Assembly: GCA_047150005.1 (NCBI GenBank)
Contig: AP038806.1
Span: 3,168,001 to 3,232,000, forward strand
Direction of reading: 5' to 3'
Length of the DNA stretch: 64,000 nt
From: Nitrospira sp.
Lineage (GTDB): Bacteria > Nitrospirota > Nitrospiria > Nitrospirales > Nitrospiraceae
This document shows positions 28,428 to 38,633 of this stretch, piece by piece. Under the pieces are notes generated by a model. The model was not told the DNA's origin. It made no database searches and worked only from the letters and a program-made list of their open reading frames with translations. The position numbers and the translations under genes were made by a program. Each line of letters opens with the position of its first letter. Positions within the stretch are counted from its first letter, which is position 1.

Positions 28428-29377
28428 GACGCCGATTCACCGTCCGAACCGGGAAAGGCCGTCTTCCGCGCAAGCAATTGCGCGGTGAAAGCCGTGTCCA
28501 TACCGGAATTCGTCACATGTTCTCCTTCATCATAGGAGAGGACCTGAAGGGCGGAAGTCAGGCGCAGCAGTTCGTTGTGCGCGAGGCAAAATTCCCAACG
28601 GCGCGGGTGCCGATGGCGCCGGTAGTTGTCGATCGTGAAGGTTTCGTAGAGCAAGACCCCGTTCGGCTTGAGCGCGTCGACGAACCAGGGAAAGAGGGGC
28701 CGATGCAGATAGAAACAGACGACGATCACGTCATATCGGTGCGGGGGGAATTCCGGCCGATCGTCGGTCACACGTTCCAGATCGACGGTGTTTACGGTGA
28801 GATTCGTCAGACTTCGCTGCTTCGCGGTCGATGCCAGATGGAAGAGGGCGTCGGCATCCCGATCGATCGCCTCAACCTCGAATCCCAGATTCGCCAAATA
28901 GAGAGCGTGGCGGCCTTTTCCACACGCCACATCCAGCACGCGGCCTTTCGGTAAACGATGAATGTGCTGCAGCAGAAAGCGGGCGGGGGTCAAGGTCTGT
29001 GAGGAGACAGGGTAGGCCGGCCGTACCCGATCGATCCTGAGGCCGACCGATGCGGTAGTTTGCGCGACCGGCGGAGCCAGTTTTCTCAGCCAGAGTCTAG
29101 CTCGTTCAATGGGGAATTCCGCAAACAACATGGCCAGAAGCCGTTCGGCCAAACTTTCCAGGAGTGCACAATCCTGCATTGCACCGATGGTTTCAACTCG
29201 CTCCAGAACCTTGGCATAGTCTATCGTGTCCGCCAGGTTCTCCGAAGCCGCTGCCGATGTTGTGTCGCAATCCAGTTCCAGGTCTACGGCCAACGGTTGA
29301 GGCCGGTGGCGCTCCTCACTCGTAATACCGCACCGTCCTTGGAATTCCAACCGTTCGATGACGATTTTGCCGACCAT
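28424..29377 (-). CDS. folB: Dihydroneopterin aldolase FolB fused to a class I SAM methyltransferase (TehB-like)
   Basis: FolB part: G.T.EER..PQ, TIDY, LLE, RK..PP. C-terminal part: VLDVACGKGRHA, YDVIV, LKPNG. Confidence 0.8.
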   Translation of the reverse strand: MVGKIVIERLEFQGRCGITSEERHRPQPLAVDLELDCDTTSAAASENLADTIDYAKVLERVETIGAMQDCALLESLAERLLAMLFAEFPIERARLWLRKLAPPVAQTTASVGLRIDRVRPAYPVSSQTLTPARFLLQHIHRLPKGRVLDVACGKGRHALYLANLGFEVEAIDRDADALFHLASTAKQRSLTNLTVNTVDLERVTDDRPEFPPHRYDVIVVCFYLHRPLFPWFVDALKPNGVLLYETFTIDNYRRHRHPRRWEFCLAHNELLRLTSALQVLSYDEGEHVTNSGMDTAFTAQLLARKTAFPGSDGESAS

Positions 29378-29478
29378 AGGGGCATTGTCGAGGATTGGAT
29401 TTCTGGGTGTCAACCGGCCGGCAAGAATATGGATATCCTTGAAAGGGTCTCATACGTGGCGGGCCGCGAGTGCGTCTC

Positions 29479-29508
29479 TTGACTCCGTTTTTGGCCGGCT
29501 CTTATAAT
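29479..29508 (+). promoter_or_regulatory. Sigma70-type promoter for the moa operon
   Basis: TTGACT, 18 nt, TATAAT. Confidence 0.6.
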
Positions 29509-29550
29509 GACCGACTGGCGCAGTCGTAACCGGCTGATTCCGCGAGGAAA

Positions 29551-30072
29551 ATGGCTGAGTTAACACACTTCAACGAAGCGGGCCGCGCGCGGATGGTCGA
29601 TGTGAGCGCCAAAGCTCAGACCGAGCGTCTTGCCACGGCTCAAGCCAAAGTCTTCCTGCAGCCCCAGACCCTTGAAAAGATTCAACGCGGCAAGATCGCC
29701 AAGGGTGACGTCTTAGCGGTCGCCCAAGTGGCCGGGGTCATGGGAGCCAAGAAGACTCCGGACCTCATTCCGATGTGCCATCCGATTCTCCTTTCCAGTG
29801 TGGACATATCCTTTGCGGAGAACGCGGAGCTTGATCGGGACGGCCGATGCTCGATCACGGTCACCGCGACGGCCAAGACCAGCGGCCAGACCGGGGTGGA
29901 AATGGAAGCGATGACGGCGGCATCGGTCGCGGCCCTGACGATCTATGATATGTGCAAGGCGATCGACCGGGACATGAGCTTCAGCGAGATTTGTCTGCTT
30001 TCGAAATCGGGTGGCAAGTCGGGAACATACCAGCGTGGCGGAAAGACTTCGGTCGGGACAGAGGGGACATGA
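29551..30072 (+). CDS. moaC: Cyclic pyranopterin monophosphate synthase
   Basis: LTHF..GRARMVDVS, LIPMCHP, TGVEMEA, YDMCKA, KSGGKSG. Confidence 0.96.
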   Translation: MAELTHFNEAGRARMVDVSAKAQTERLATAQAKVFLQPQTLEKIQRGKIAKGDVLAVAQVAGVMGAKKTPDLIPMCHPILLSSVDISFAENAELDRDGRCSITVTATAKTSGQTGVEMEAMTAASVAALTIYDMCKAIDRDMSFSEICLLSKSGGKSGTYQRGGKTSVGTEGT

Positions 30073-30767
30073 TCACAGTCAGACTGTTCGGCATGACGAA
30101 ATCGCTGGCAGGCAATCAGTCTTCCCTGTCGCTGGAGTTGCCCGCCGGACGGAGCGTGAAGGACTTAATCGAGCTGGTCAATCAGGGCTATCCTATGATC
30201 GGGGAATTGATCCAGAAGAAAAAGGTCCTCGTGTCCGTGAATCAGGAGATCGCTCACGAGCACACGGCGATCGGCGACGGAGACGAGGTTGCGCTACTGC
30301 CGCCGTTTGCCGGGGGAGGGGCGACGGAACAGCATTTGGATGAGGCCCAATTCGTCCGCGTCCAGCGCGAGGATTTTTCCATCGACGCGGAAATCAACCG
30401 TGTCCGGAACCGCTCGAAGCGCATCGGAGGCATTGCCCTGTTTCTCGGCACGGCCCGGGATCGCTCGAAGGGCCGCGACGTCGACGGCATCACGTTCGAG
30501 CATTACGAAGGCATGGCGCAAAAGACACTGCGGGAGATTCGTGATCGCGCCCTGGTCGACTTCGACATTCTCGAGTTGCTGATCGTCCATCGCTACGGCG
30601 AGATCACGATCGGAGAGAACATCGTCCTCATCGTCGCAGGGGCGGAGCATCGGGCCGATGCGTTTCGCGCCTGCAAATGGGCGATTGACGAGCTCAAGCA
30701 GATCACGCCGATTTGGAAACTGGAACATACTCCGAGCGGCGAAGTGTGGGTGGAGGAGCATCCGTGA
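30069..30767 (+). CDS. Fused molybdopterin synthase MoaD-MoaE (MoaX-like)
   Basis: MoaD part ends GDEVALLPPFAGG and continues in frame into MoaE (F.GT.R, HRYG, HR..AF, ELK..TPIWK.E). ATG overlaps the moaC stop. Confidence 0.9.
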   Translation: MITVRLFGMTKSLAGNQSSLSLELPAGRSVKDLIELVNQGYPMIGELIQKKKVLVSVNQEIAHEHTAIGDGDEVALLPPFAGGGATEQHLDEAQFVRVQREDFSIDAEINRVRNRSKRIGGIALFLGTARDRSKGRDVDGITFEHYEGMAQKTLREIRDRALVDFDILELLIVHRYGEITIGENIVLIVAGAEHRADAFRACKWAIDELKQITPIWKLEHTPSGEVWVEEHP

Positions 30768-30839
30768 TCGGGCCCGTGCCGCTTCCGCTTCGATCACGTG
30801 GAAGTGGACGGTAGGACGTTTGTGATGGAATCAGGAGCG

Positions 30840-31892
30840 ATGCACACAAATCTTCATCCGGCGGTCACCGATACGTTCGGCCGGCCGCTGCGCAGCTTGC
30901 GATTGTCGGTGACCGATCGGTGCAATCTGCGCTGCGCCTACTGTATGCCGGAAGAGGAGTACGTGTGGCTGCCTCGGGAGAATCTCCTCTCGTTCGAGGA
31001 GATGGCCGTGCTGACGGAGTTGTTCACCGACGTGGGTGTGAACAAGGTCCGGTTGACCGGAGGAGAGCCGCTGCTCCGGCGCGACCTGCCGCGGTTGATC
31101 CGGTTGTTGCTGCAGAATCACCGGGTCAGTGAGATCGCGTTGACGACCAACGGCATTCTCTTGGCGGATCAGATCCAGTCGTTGTATGAAGCGGGACTGC
31201 ACCGCATCACGGTCAGCTTGGATACCTTGCGGCCGGAACGATTCCGTCAATTGACCCGTCGCGACGAACACGCTCGAGTGCTGGAAGGCATCGAGTCCGT
31301 CGGACCGGCCGGTTTTATGGGCCTCAAGCTCGATACCGTCGTCATCCGCGGTTTCAATGACGACGAGCTGGTCTCCCTCATCGAATTCGGCCGGCATTAC
31401 CAGGCGGAAGTGCGATTCATCGAATATATGGACGTGGGCGGGGCGAACGAGTGGGCACCCGCCAAGGTGTTCTCCCGCGATGCGATCTTGGACGCGCTCG
31501 GGAAACACTACGGCATCATTGAGCCGATCGCGGAGCGCGGTTCCGCCCCAGCCCAGCGGTTCTGTCTTCCGGGCGGCGTGTCGTTCGGCGTCATTCCTTC
31601 GACGACCACCCCGTTTTGTTCATCCTGTGACCGCAGCAGAGTGACGGCGGACGGGATGTGGTATCGCTGTCTATACGCCACCGCGGGGACCGATCTGCGC
31701 AAGCCTCTGCGCGACGGTCTCTCGGGGGACGATATGCGTGCACTCATACGCGCCGGTTGGGAGTCGAGAAAGGACCGAGGCGCGGAAGAACGAAAGGCTC
31801 TTGAACGTGCTGGTTTGCGCGAAGGCGGTTTGATCGGGATCGACCGGCTGCGCGCGGATCCTCATTTGGAGATGCATGCCCGCGGAGGCTGA
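30840..31892 (+). CDS. moaA: GTP 3',8-cyclase
   Basis: LRLSVTDRCNLRCAYC, TGGEPL, FCSSCDR..C, C-terminal GG. Start among 30798/30825/30840. Confidence 0.95.
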   Translation: MHTNLHPAVTDTFGRPLRSLRLSVTDRCNLRCAYCMPEEEYVWLPRENLLSFEEMAVLTELFTDVGVNKVRLTGGEPLLRRDLPRLIRLLLQNHRVSEIALTTNGILLADQIQSLYEAGLHRITVSLDTLRPERFRQLTRRDEHARVLEGIESVGPAGFMGLKLDTVVIRGFNDDELVSLIEFGRHYQAEVRFIEYMDVGGANEWAPAKVFSRDAILDALGKHYGIIEPIAERGSAPAQRFCLPGGVSFGVIPSTTTPFCSSCDRSRVTADGMWYRCLYATAGTDLRKPLRDGLSGDDMRALIRAGWESRKDRGAEERKALERAGLREGGLIGIDRLRADPHLEMHARGG

Positions 31893-32093
31893 GCACGGTC
31901 GACCGTACGAACCGTCGTTCCCTCCGTCAGCTTGTCGCTCCACGGTTCGGCGGCCGACTCCGGCTGCTTCTCGGCTCACGATACGGCGGATTTCCACCCA
32001 GTCCCCGCACGTTCTTGTCTGTCTTGGGCGGACAGGACCGCGGGTCCAACCGGTTTCCGACACCCACCTGCCCCTCACCGCTTCCGGGGCATC

Positions 32094-32801
32094 ATGACGG
32101 ATCCTTCCTATCTCACGGTCCTCGGTCTTGGTTTTGTCCTGGGGTTGCGGCATGCCCTCGATGCCGACCACATTGCCGCGGTGTCGACCGTGCTCGCGAC
32201 CAGACCATCGTGGCAGGCATCCGGTCTCATCGGATTCAGTTGGGGGCTCGGACATACGCTGGTGCTGCTCTTTGTGGGAGCCGTCGCGCTGGCGTTGCAG
32301 GTAAGCATCCCGGAGTCGATTGCGAACGCGGCCGAATTCGCGGTCGGTCTCATGTTGATCGTGCTCGGCGGCACTCTGGTCGTCCGCGTTCTCCAAGAGC
32401 GCTGGCATTCCCACAGCCATGATCATGGAGGGCATCGACACGAGCATCTGCACAGCCATGCGGTGACCTCCGGCCATGGGCACGCGCATTGGTGGAGTGA
32501 CTCCGTCAAACCGTTGTGTATCGGCATGGCACACGGGCTCGCCGGCTCTGCGGCGCTCATCCTCGTCGTCGTGACCGCGTCGCGCACGGTTCTGGAAGGG
32601 CTCGCCTATATCGCGGTGTTCGGCTTGGGTTCGATCATCGGCATGATGCTGATCGGATTGGTGTTGAGTCTTCCGGTGATCTGGTCCTTGTCGCTCGGAC
32701 GACAGGCTCTCCTCATGGTGCAAGGACTCGCCGGTCTCGGCAGCATCGGATTGGGTCTGTCCATGCTTTTCCGCACCGCCATGGGCGAACGTCCGCTCTA
32801 G
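32094..32801 (+). CDS. His-rich Ni/Co transporter or UreH-like permease
   Basis: GLRHALDADH, WGLGH, HSHSHDHGGHRHEHLHSH, GMAHGLAGS. Confidence 0.82.
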   Translation: MTDPSYLTVLGLGFVLGLRHALDADHIAAVSTVLATRPSWQASGLIGFSWGLGHTLVLLFVGAVALALQVSIPESIANAAEFAVGLMLIVLGGTLVVRVLQERWHSHSHDHGGHRHEHLHSHAVTSGHGHAHWWSDSVKPLCIGMAHGLAGSAALILVVVTASRTVLEGLAYIAVFGLGSIIGMMLIGLVLSLPVIWSLSLGRQALLMVQGLAGLGSIGLGLSMLFRTAMGERPL

Positions 32802-33011
32802 CCGGAACGTCGGCACGTTCGCGGCCTGGACTTATTGCGTTGCGTCGTTCGGCTGAGCCGCTTCCTTTACCGTCGTGGCGCTTCATCGAGGGGGAAACTA
32901 CGTGCGTCATGAGGCCGGCTATGGTATTCTCCGCTCCCATCGGCCGGAGCGGTGACCGGCGGGGCGGCGAGAGGATCCGACTCGATCCGGTGCCGTGGGA
33001 GACAGGCGCGA

Positions 33012-33848
33012 ATGGCGTGGTTTAAAAAGCAAAAGCCATCCGAAACGGACAGTCCCAAGCGATCGAAGATTGCCGAAGGGATGTGGCTCAAGTGCAATCA
33101 TTGTCGCGAAATCGTCTATCGCAAGGAGGTTGACCGCAACAACAAGGTCTGTCCGAAATGCGATTATCATTTCCCCATTTCCGTCACGGAACGCATCACG
33201 CTGCTCGTCGATTTCGGGACTTTCAAGGAATGGGATGCTGATCTGGCCCCGCAGGATCCGCTGAGCTTTGAGGACACCAAGTCGTATAAGGACCGTGTCA
33301 AAGCGCAGCAGGAGAAGACCGGTCGCAAAGACGCGATGGTGATCGGCGAGGGCACCATGAACGGCCGGCGTGTCGCGTTGTGCGTGTTTGATTTCGGCTT
33401 TATGGGCGGCAGTATGGGCTCGGTGGTCGGCGAGAAGATCTGCCGCGCCATCGATCGCGCCTTGGAAGCCAGACTCCCGGTCATTCTGGTCACGACGTCA
33501 GGCGGGGCCCGCATGCAGGAGGGCATTCTGTCGCTCATGCAAATGGCCAAGACCTCCGCGGCGGTCGCCAAGCTGGGCGAAGCCAAGTTGCCATTCATTT
33601 GTCTATTGGCTGATCCGACCTTCGGCGGAGTCACCGCCAGTGTGGCGATGTTGGGGGACGTCATTTTGGCCGAGCCCAAGGCGTTGATCGGGTTTGCGGG
33701 GCCGCGTGTCATCGAGCAGACCATCAAGCAGCAATTGCCCGACCAATTTCAGCGTGCGGAATTCCTGCTGGAGCATGGCATGATCGACATGATCGTCGAG
33801 CGGAAACACCTGAAAGAAACATTAAGCACTCTCGTCGCACATTTCTAG
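33012..33848 (+). CDS. accD: Acetyl-CoA carboxylase carboxyltransferase beta subunit
   Basis: Zn-finger [32 protein letters not shown]. Confidence 0.97.
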   Translation: MAWFKKQKPSETDSPKRSKIAEGMWLKCNHCREIVYRKEVDRNNKVCPKCDYHFPISVTERITLLVDFGTFKEWDADLAPQDPLSFEDTKSYKDRVKAQQEKTGRKDAMVIGEGTMNGRRVALCVFDFGFMGGSMGSVVGEKICRAIDRALEARLPVILVTTSGGARMQEGILSLMQMAKTSAAVAKLGEAKLPFICLLADPTFGGVTASVAMLGDVILAEPKALIGFAGPRVIEQTIKQQLPDQFQRAEFLLEHGMIDMIVERKHLKETLSTLVAHF

Positions 33849-33875
33849 GCGAACTCCTTCTCCTCGGCGCGCATC

Positions 33876-35165
33876 ATGACCTATTCCGCTGCGGTCGCCT
33901 ACCTTCTCGGCCTTCAGAAGCACGGCATTAAATTGGGGTTGGAGACAATGGTCGCGCTTGCGCAGCGCATGGGGGATCCTCAGCGGCGGTATCGGTCGCT
34001 TCACATCGGGGGGACCAACGGCAAGGGATCGACCGCGGCCATGGCTGCCGGGATTCTGCGGGGGGCGGGCTATCGCGTGGGCCTGTACACCTCTCCGCAT
34101 TTGGTGGAATTCCGGGAGCGTATTCGCGTGGACGGAGTCATGATTCCGGAGGAGGCGGTGGGTCGGGTCATCGCTGCGGTGCGGGACGCGGGGGGCGCCG
34201 ATCTACAGCCGACGTTTTTTGAAAGTACGACGGCGTTGGCCCTTCAGTATTTTGCCGAGGCGCGAGTGGATGTCGCCGTCCTCGAAGTGGGACTCGGCGG
34301 CCGGTTCGATGCGACCAATATCGTGCAGCCCGAGGCCTGTGCCATCACGACCGTGGCGCTCGATCACCAGGAATACCTTGGCACGACAGTGTCCGCGATT
34401 GCGTTCGAAAAGGCGGGGATCGTCAAAGAAAAAGTTCCGCTCGTAGTCGGTCGGATGACGGAAGACGCCATGCGGACCATCGAGCATATCGCGCAGGAGA
34501 GACGATGCCCGGTGTCGGCCTTGGATCGGGAATTCCGCATCGACGGCGGCCCTGACCGGTTCACCTATGAGAGCCAACGAGGTCGATACCTCGGCTTACG
34601 CTGCGGGCTTCCCGGCGCACACCAGGTGGACAACGCCGCCTGCGCGATTGCACTCACCGAAGTCGTGAGCGGGCTTCAGGTATGCGAACGGGCAATTCGC
34701 GAGGGAGTGGGTGGCGTGCAGTGGGAAGGGAGGCTCGAAACGCTGGAAGCCCGCCCGGACGTCCTGCTTGACGGCGCCCACAATCCCGCCGGATCGGCAG
34801 CCTTGGCGGCATATCTGCGATCCGTGAAGGAGGCCCGTCCAGGATCCCGGGTCATTGTAGTGCTGGGAATGATGCGCGACAAGGATCACAAGGGATTCAT
34901 GGCATCGTTGAACAGCGTGGCGGATCATGTGGTGCTGACGCGCGCGTCGATTGCCCGGTCCGCGACGGCCGAGGAACTGCGGGACGAACTGGCGGGGACG
35001 ATCACCATACCCTCCTCGGTGACGGCCGATCCGGGCGAGGCCCTGGCATCGGCGAAGCAGTTGGCTGCTCCCCAGGATGTAATCTGCGTCACGGGATCCC
35101 TCATGCTGATCGGAGAGGTGAAGGCATCATGGCGTGGCTGTGGGCTGTCGCCTCTTCGGGGTTGA
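33876..35165 (+). CDS. folC: Folylpolyglutamate/dihydrofolate synthase
   Basis: GTNGKGS, YTSPHL, EVGLGGRFDATN, DGAHN, TGSL. Confidence 0.95.
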   Translation: MTYSAAVAYLLGLQKHGIKLGLETMVALAQRMGDPQRRYRSLHIGGTNGKGSTAAMAAGILRGAGYRVGLYTSPHLVEFRERIRVDGVMIPEEAVGRVIAAVRDAGGADLQPTFFESTTALALQYFAEARVDVAVLEVGLGGRFDATNIVQPEACAITTVALDHQEYLGTTVSAIAFEKAGIVKEKVPLVVGRMTEDAMRTIEHIAQERRCPVSALDREFRIDGGPDRFTYESQRGRYLGLRCGLPGAHQVDNAACAIALTEVVSGLQVCERAIREGVGGVQWEGRLETLEARPDVLLDGAHNPAGSAALAAYLRSVKEARPGSRVIVVLGMMRDKDHKGFMASLNSVADHVVLTRASIARSATAEELRDELAGTITIPSSVTADPGEALASAKQLAAPQDVICVTGSLMLIGEVKASWRGCGLSPLRG

Positions 35166-35166
35166 A

Positions 35167-37617
35167 ATGGCGGAGACGCTCGCTGGGGCCCGCAAGCGCC
35201 TGGTGTACGCCATCCTGCTGTTTCTGTTGCTTCCCGGCGCCGCCGTGGCCGCTGATGAACCGACCGGTACCGCACTGCCGTCGTCGGGCTCCGCTCCGCT
35301 TGACCTCACGGCTGACCGCATCGACTACCTGAAAGAGGAGGAGATTTACGAGGCCGAGGGGTCGGTCCTCGTCCGACAGGGGACGCTGCGTCTCACGGCG
35401 GATCATATGACGATTCAGGCCCTTCCGGGGGTGCTGATCGCGACCGGCCATGTCCGTTTGCTTGATCCCAGAGGCGACCTCACCGCGGACCGACTCGAGC
35501 TCAACGTCAATACGGAAGCGGGCATCGTGACCCACGGCCAGCTCTATCTGAAGGCCTCCAATACTCAGATCGACGGACGCTTGATGCAGCGGTTCTCGGA
35601 AGATCACTACCGGGTGAAGGAGGGCCGATTCACGAATTGCGATGCGGAGCCGGACGAGACGCCGGCCTGGCGGTTCCAGTTCAAGGATCTCGATCTCAAT
35701 GCAGGAGACGCGCTGGCGTTCAAAGGAGGATGGCTGTGCGTCCTTGACGCACGGGTCCTTCCGTTGCCGACGATGACCTATCCGCTCTCTCCCAGAAAAA
35801 CCGGATTTCTCATCCCCACGATCGGCTACGACAATCGTTTCGGCTGGCATCTTCAGGAAAGCTTTTTTTGGGCGATTAATCCGAGTCAGGATCTCACGGT
35901 CTCCCCGTTCTATTTTACGAATCTGGGGTACGGAAGCGACTTTGAGTATCGATACGTCTTGGACCGCCTTTCACGCGGACAATGGTTCGTCAGTGCGCTT
36001 CAGCAGACACAACTCCCCAACGTCTCCGGCGCCGCCGCATCGGGAACCCAAGCCCAGGAGTCTCGGGCATTGATCACCGGGACGCACACCCAACAGTTCA
36101 CACCGAATACGCTGCTCCGCGTCCAGGCGAACCTCGTGACCGACCCCCAGTACCTCCAACAGTTGAGCAATTCGGGCGCACAGCGGGCGCTGCCGAGCAA
36201 CGAGAACAATTTGTTGGGGACGCACCGGCTGCCCTATGGGAACATGTATCTCTGGAGCCAATATCTCCAACCGCTGCAAGCCGGAGGTAGCGACACGTTT
36301 CAACGACTGCCCGAGATCGGCTACAGCCTTCCTGATACGACTCTCTTCAATTCGCCGTTTCTGCTCAGTACGGATACGAATTTCGTCTATTTCTATCGCG
36401 AACAGGGCTTCACGGAAAACCGCATCGACTTTCTGCCCGGACTGTCCACCGAAATCATCGACGTGGGCCATGTATTGGGCTTCCGCCCGCAGGCGAAGTT
36501 CCGGGAAGTGCACTACTCGCGCGGGATTGACAGTACCAGCAACATCAACCGCCAGACGTTCTGGGCTGCGTTGGACGCAGGCTCAAAGCTGAGCCGCCGG
36601 TTCGTGGCAGGTGATGGTCATGCCGTGTTGCATACCCTCGAACCCAGCGCGATGTATGAGTATGTTCCGCAGACGAACCAATCACAGATTGCGCAGATCG
36701 ACCAGGTCGACGATCTGCCGAAGAAAAACCTATTGACGTACATGCTTCGGAGCCGGGTGTTGGAGCAGGACGGACACACGAGTTTCAATTGGCTCGATCT
36801 GACGCTTGCGCAGAGCTACCACGTCGATGGGGTGCAGACCAGCGCGGTGGACTTCACTCCCGGCGTCGTGCCGCCGGTCGGTACGGTCACGCAGCCGCTC
36901 CAGCCGGCCACCGTCCCGGTCAACGGGAAGAAGTTCTCGGATTTCTGGGTGCATGCCATCATCGGAAATAATCTACCGCAGTACACGGTCGGGCAACTCG
37001 CTGTGTCCACGTTCGACAAGGGCGGCATGACACCTCAGCAGAAGCCGGTGATCAACCAATACGTGACGGTCGACGCATTCGTGGATCCCTACCGAGGCAC
37101 TTTCAGCCAGTTCAACACAGACTTTCGCGTTCAGGATTCCAACAACTGGTATGTAGAAGTCGGGCAGCGGTATGCGCAGAATGGAAATCGCGTGCGCCGG
37201 GGTGACGTCTGGAACCCGATCTCGTTCAATGAAGTCTTTTCTCCGACCGAGGAAATTCAGTTCGTGACGGCCGGGGGAGCGTTCCGTACCCCATGGGGTT
37301 GGACCCTGGGTGCGAAAGCCTATTACGATATCCTTAACGGAAAGAGTCCCGAATACGACATGGTTGGTTTGTATCAGAACCCTTGCAAGTGCTGGTCATT
37401 GGGCCTGTACTACCTGCAATTTCCGGATCGCGCCCAGTATAATTTCATGTTCAGCCTCACCGGAATCGGATGGACGGAAAACTTCGGTACCGCGGTGGTC
37501 CGCAGCATCCTGAGCCCGCTGCTCTACGGCGAAAAGGGGCTGCCGTGGGCGGCTCCGGGAGGGCATTTTGGCCGTCCCCAGTCGGTGCTTCCTGGCACCA
37601 ATCCGATGCTGCGCTGA
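35167..37617 (+). CDS. lptD: LPS-assembly protein LptD
   Basis: Signal peptide, OstA-like N-terminal domain, FTNC..P.W, RKTGFLIP, QRLPE, beta-barrel pattern, C-terminal CKCW. Confidence 0.8.
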   Translation: MAETLAGARKRLVYAILLFLLLPGAAVAADEPTGTALPSSGSAPLDLTADRIDYLKEEEIYEAEGSVLVRQGTLRLTADHMTIQALPGVLIATGHVRLLDPRGDLTADRLELNVNTEAGIVTHGQLYLKASNTQIDGRLMQRFSEDHYRVKEGRFTNCDAEPDETPAWRFQFKDLDLNAGDALAFKGGWLCVLDARVLPLPTMTYPLSPRKTGFLIPTIGYDNRFGWHLQESFFWAINPSQDLTVSPFYFTNLGYGSDFEYRYVLDRLSRGQWFVSALQQTQLPNVSGAAASGTQAQESRALITGTHTQQFTPNTLLRVQANLVTDPQYLQQLSNSGAQRALPSNENNLLGTHRLPYGNMYLWSQYLQPLQAGGSDTFQRLPEIGYSLPDTTLFNSPFLLSTDTNFVYFYREQGFTENRIDFLPGLSTEIIDVGHVLGFRPQAKFREVHYSRGIDSTSNINRQTFWAALDAGSKLSRRFVAGDGHAVLHTLEPSAMYEYVPQTNQSQIAQIDQVDDLPKKNLLTYMLRSRVLEQDGHTSFNWLDLTLAQSYHVDGVQTSAVDFTPGVVPPVGTVTQPLQPATVPVNGKKFSDFWVHAIIGNNLPQYTVGQLAVSTFDKGGMTPQQKPVINQYVTVDAFVDPYRGTFSQFNTDFRVQDSNNWYVEVGQRYAQNGNRVRRGDVWNPISFNEVFSPTEEIQFVTAGGAFRTPWGWTLGAKAYYDILNGKSPEYDMVGLYQNPCKCWSLGLYYLQFPDRAQYNFMFSLTGIGWTENFGTAVVRSILSPLLYGEKGLPWAAPGGHFGRPQSVLPGTNPMLR

Positions 37618-37645
37618 CGGGTTCGGTTCTCAGCCAAGGGACGCT

Positions 37646-38197
37646 ATGAGGCAGAGGCTTCTCTCCAGCTCGGGATGCGGACGGTTGGGCGTATTCGTAT
37701 GCCTCGTGCTGCTGTTCTGCGGGAGTGGAGCGAACGGCGCGCAGGGCGCCGGCCAGGACGGTGCTTTTACAGACCTTCAGCGGGCGAAGGTCTATCTCGC
37801 CGCGGGAGACTTTCGACGCGCGATCGATGCCTGTCGACAGGAGGTCGATGCACGTCCTTCCGTGGAGGCGTATGTGTACCTCACGTACGTCTATCAGGCG
37901 CTCGACGCCTATGTGGAATTTCTCGCAAAGACGGATCAGTGGGTACCATTGGAGCACCTCTATCTGGGGCTGGTGACGGGAAAGCCGGAGGATCTGGTGG
38001 ATTCTCCCGACGTGCTCTCGCGCATTGCCAAAGAACTGATCCAATCGGGCGCGAGACAGCAGGCCGACATCGCCGCCGAATTGGCGACGAGACTCGATTC
38101 CGTGGCTGTGGCTCGTATCTGGCCTCAACAGACCGCTTGGCGGAAGTCCAAACCGGACAGGTGGTGGTTCGGTATACCGCCTGAGTGGTCCTGGTGA
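37646..38197 (+). CDS. Hypothetical exported protein (TPR-like helices)
   Basis: Signal-like N-terminus; AKVYLAAGDFRRAIDAC resembles a TPR. Confidence 0.65.
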   Translation: MRQRLLSSSGCGRLGVFVCLVLLFCGSGANGAQGAGQDGAFTDLQRAKVYLAAGDFRRAIDACRQEVDARPSVEAYVYLTYVYQALDAYVEFLAKTDQWVPLEHLYLGLVTGKPEDLVDSPDVLSRIAKELIQSGARQQADIAAELATRLDSVAVARIWPQQTAWRKSKPDRWWFGIPPEWSW

Positions 38198-38206
38198 ACG
38201 GCTCAA

Positions 38207-38236
38207 TTGACTCGCCGAAGATCGCTGGTATACGAT
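38207..38236 (+). promoter_or_regulatory. Possible sigma70 promoter for trxA
   Basis: TTGACT, 18 nt, TACGAT. Confidence 0.45.
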
Positions 38237-38285
38237 GAGCGGATAAGAAACACAGTGCTTGTAACCATGTGAAGGAGGGTGTGAC

Positions 38286-38633
38286 GTGGCAGGTGACGCG
38301 CTCAAAGTCGAAGATGCAACGTGGGAAGCCGATGTCATCAAGGCTTCGGAACTGGTCATGGTCGATTTCTGGGCCGTGTGGTGTGGGCCGTGCCAAATGG
38401 TTGCACCCATCGTCGACGAACTCGCCAAGGAATATTCCGGGAAGATCAAGGTTCGCAAGCTGAATACCGATGAAAATCCGGAGGTTGCCGGACGTTATCA
38501 AGTGATGAGCATCCCGACGATCCTGTTTTTCAAGAACGGACAGGTCGTGGAGAAGTTGGTCGGTGCAAGGCCCAAGCGTCAATTCAAGGAAATGATCGAC
38601 TCGCTGCTGGCACAGCACGCCGGCTCTGCGTAA
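38286..38633 (+). CDS. trxA: Thioredoxin
   Basis: DFWAVWCGPC, SIPT; AGGAGG RBS with GTG start. Confidence 0.95.
   Translation: MAGDALKVEDATWEADVIKASELVMVDFWAVWCGPCQMVAPIVDELAKEYSGKIKVRKLNTDENPEVAGRYQVMSIPTILFFKNGQVVEKLVGARPKRQFKEMIDSLLAQHAGSA

Noticed and set aside
32801..32825. GC hairpin after the Ni/Co permease as an intrinsic terminator
   Set aside because: No U-tract follows, so support is insufficient.
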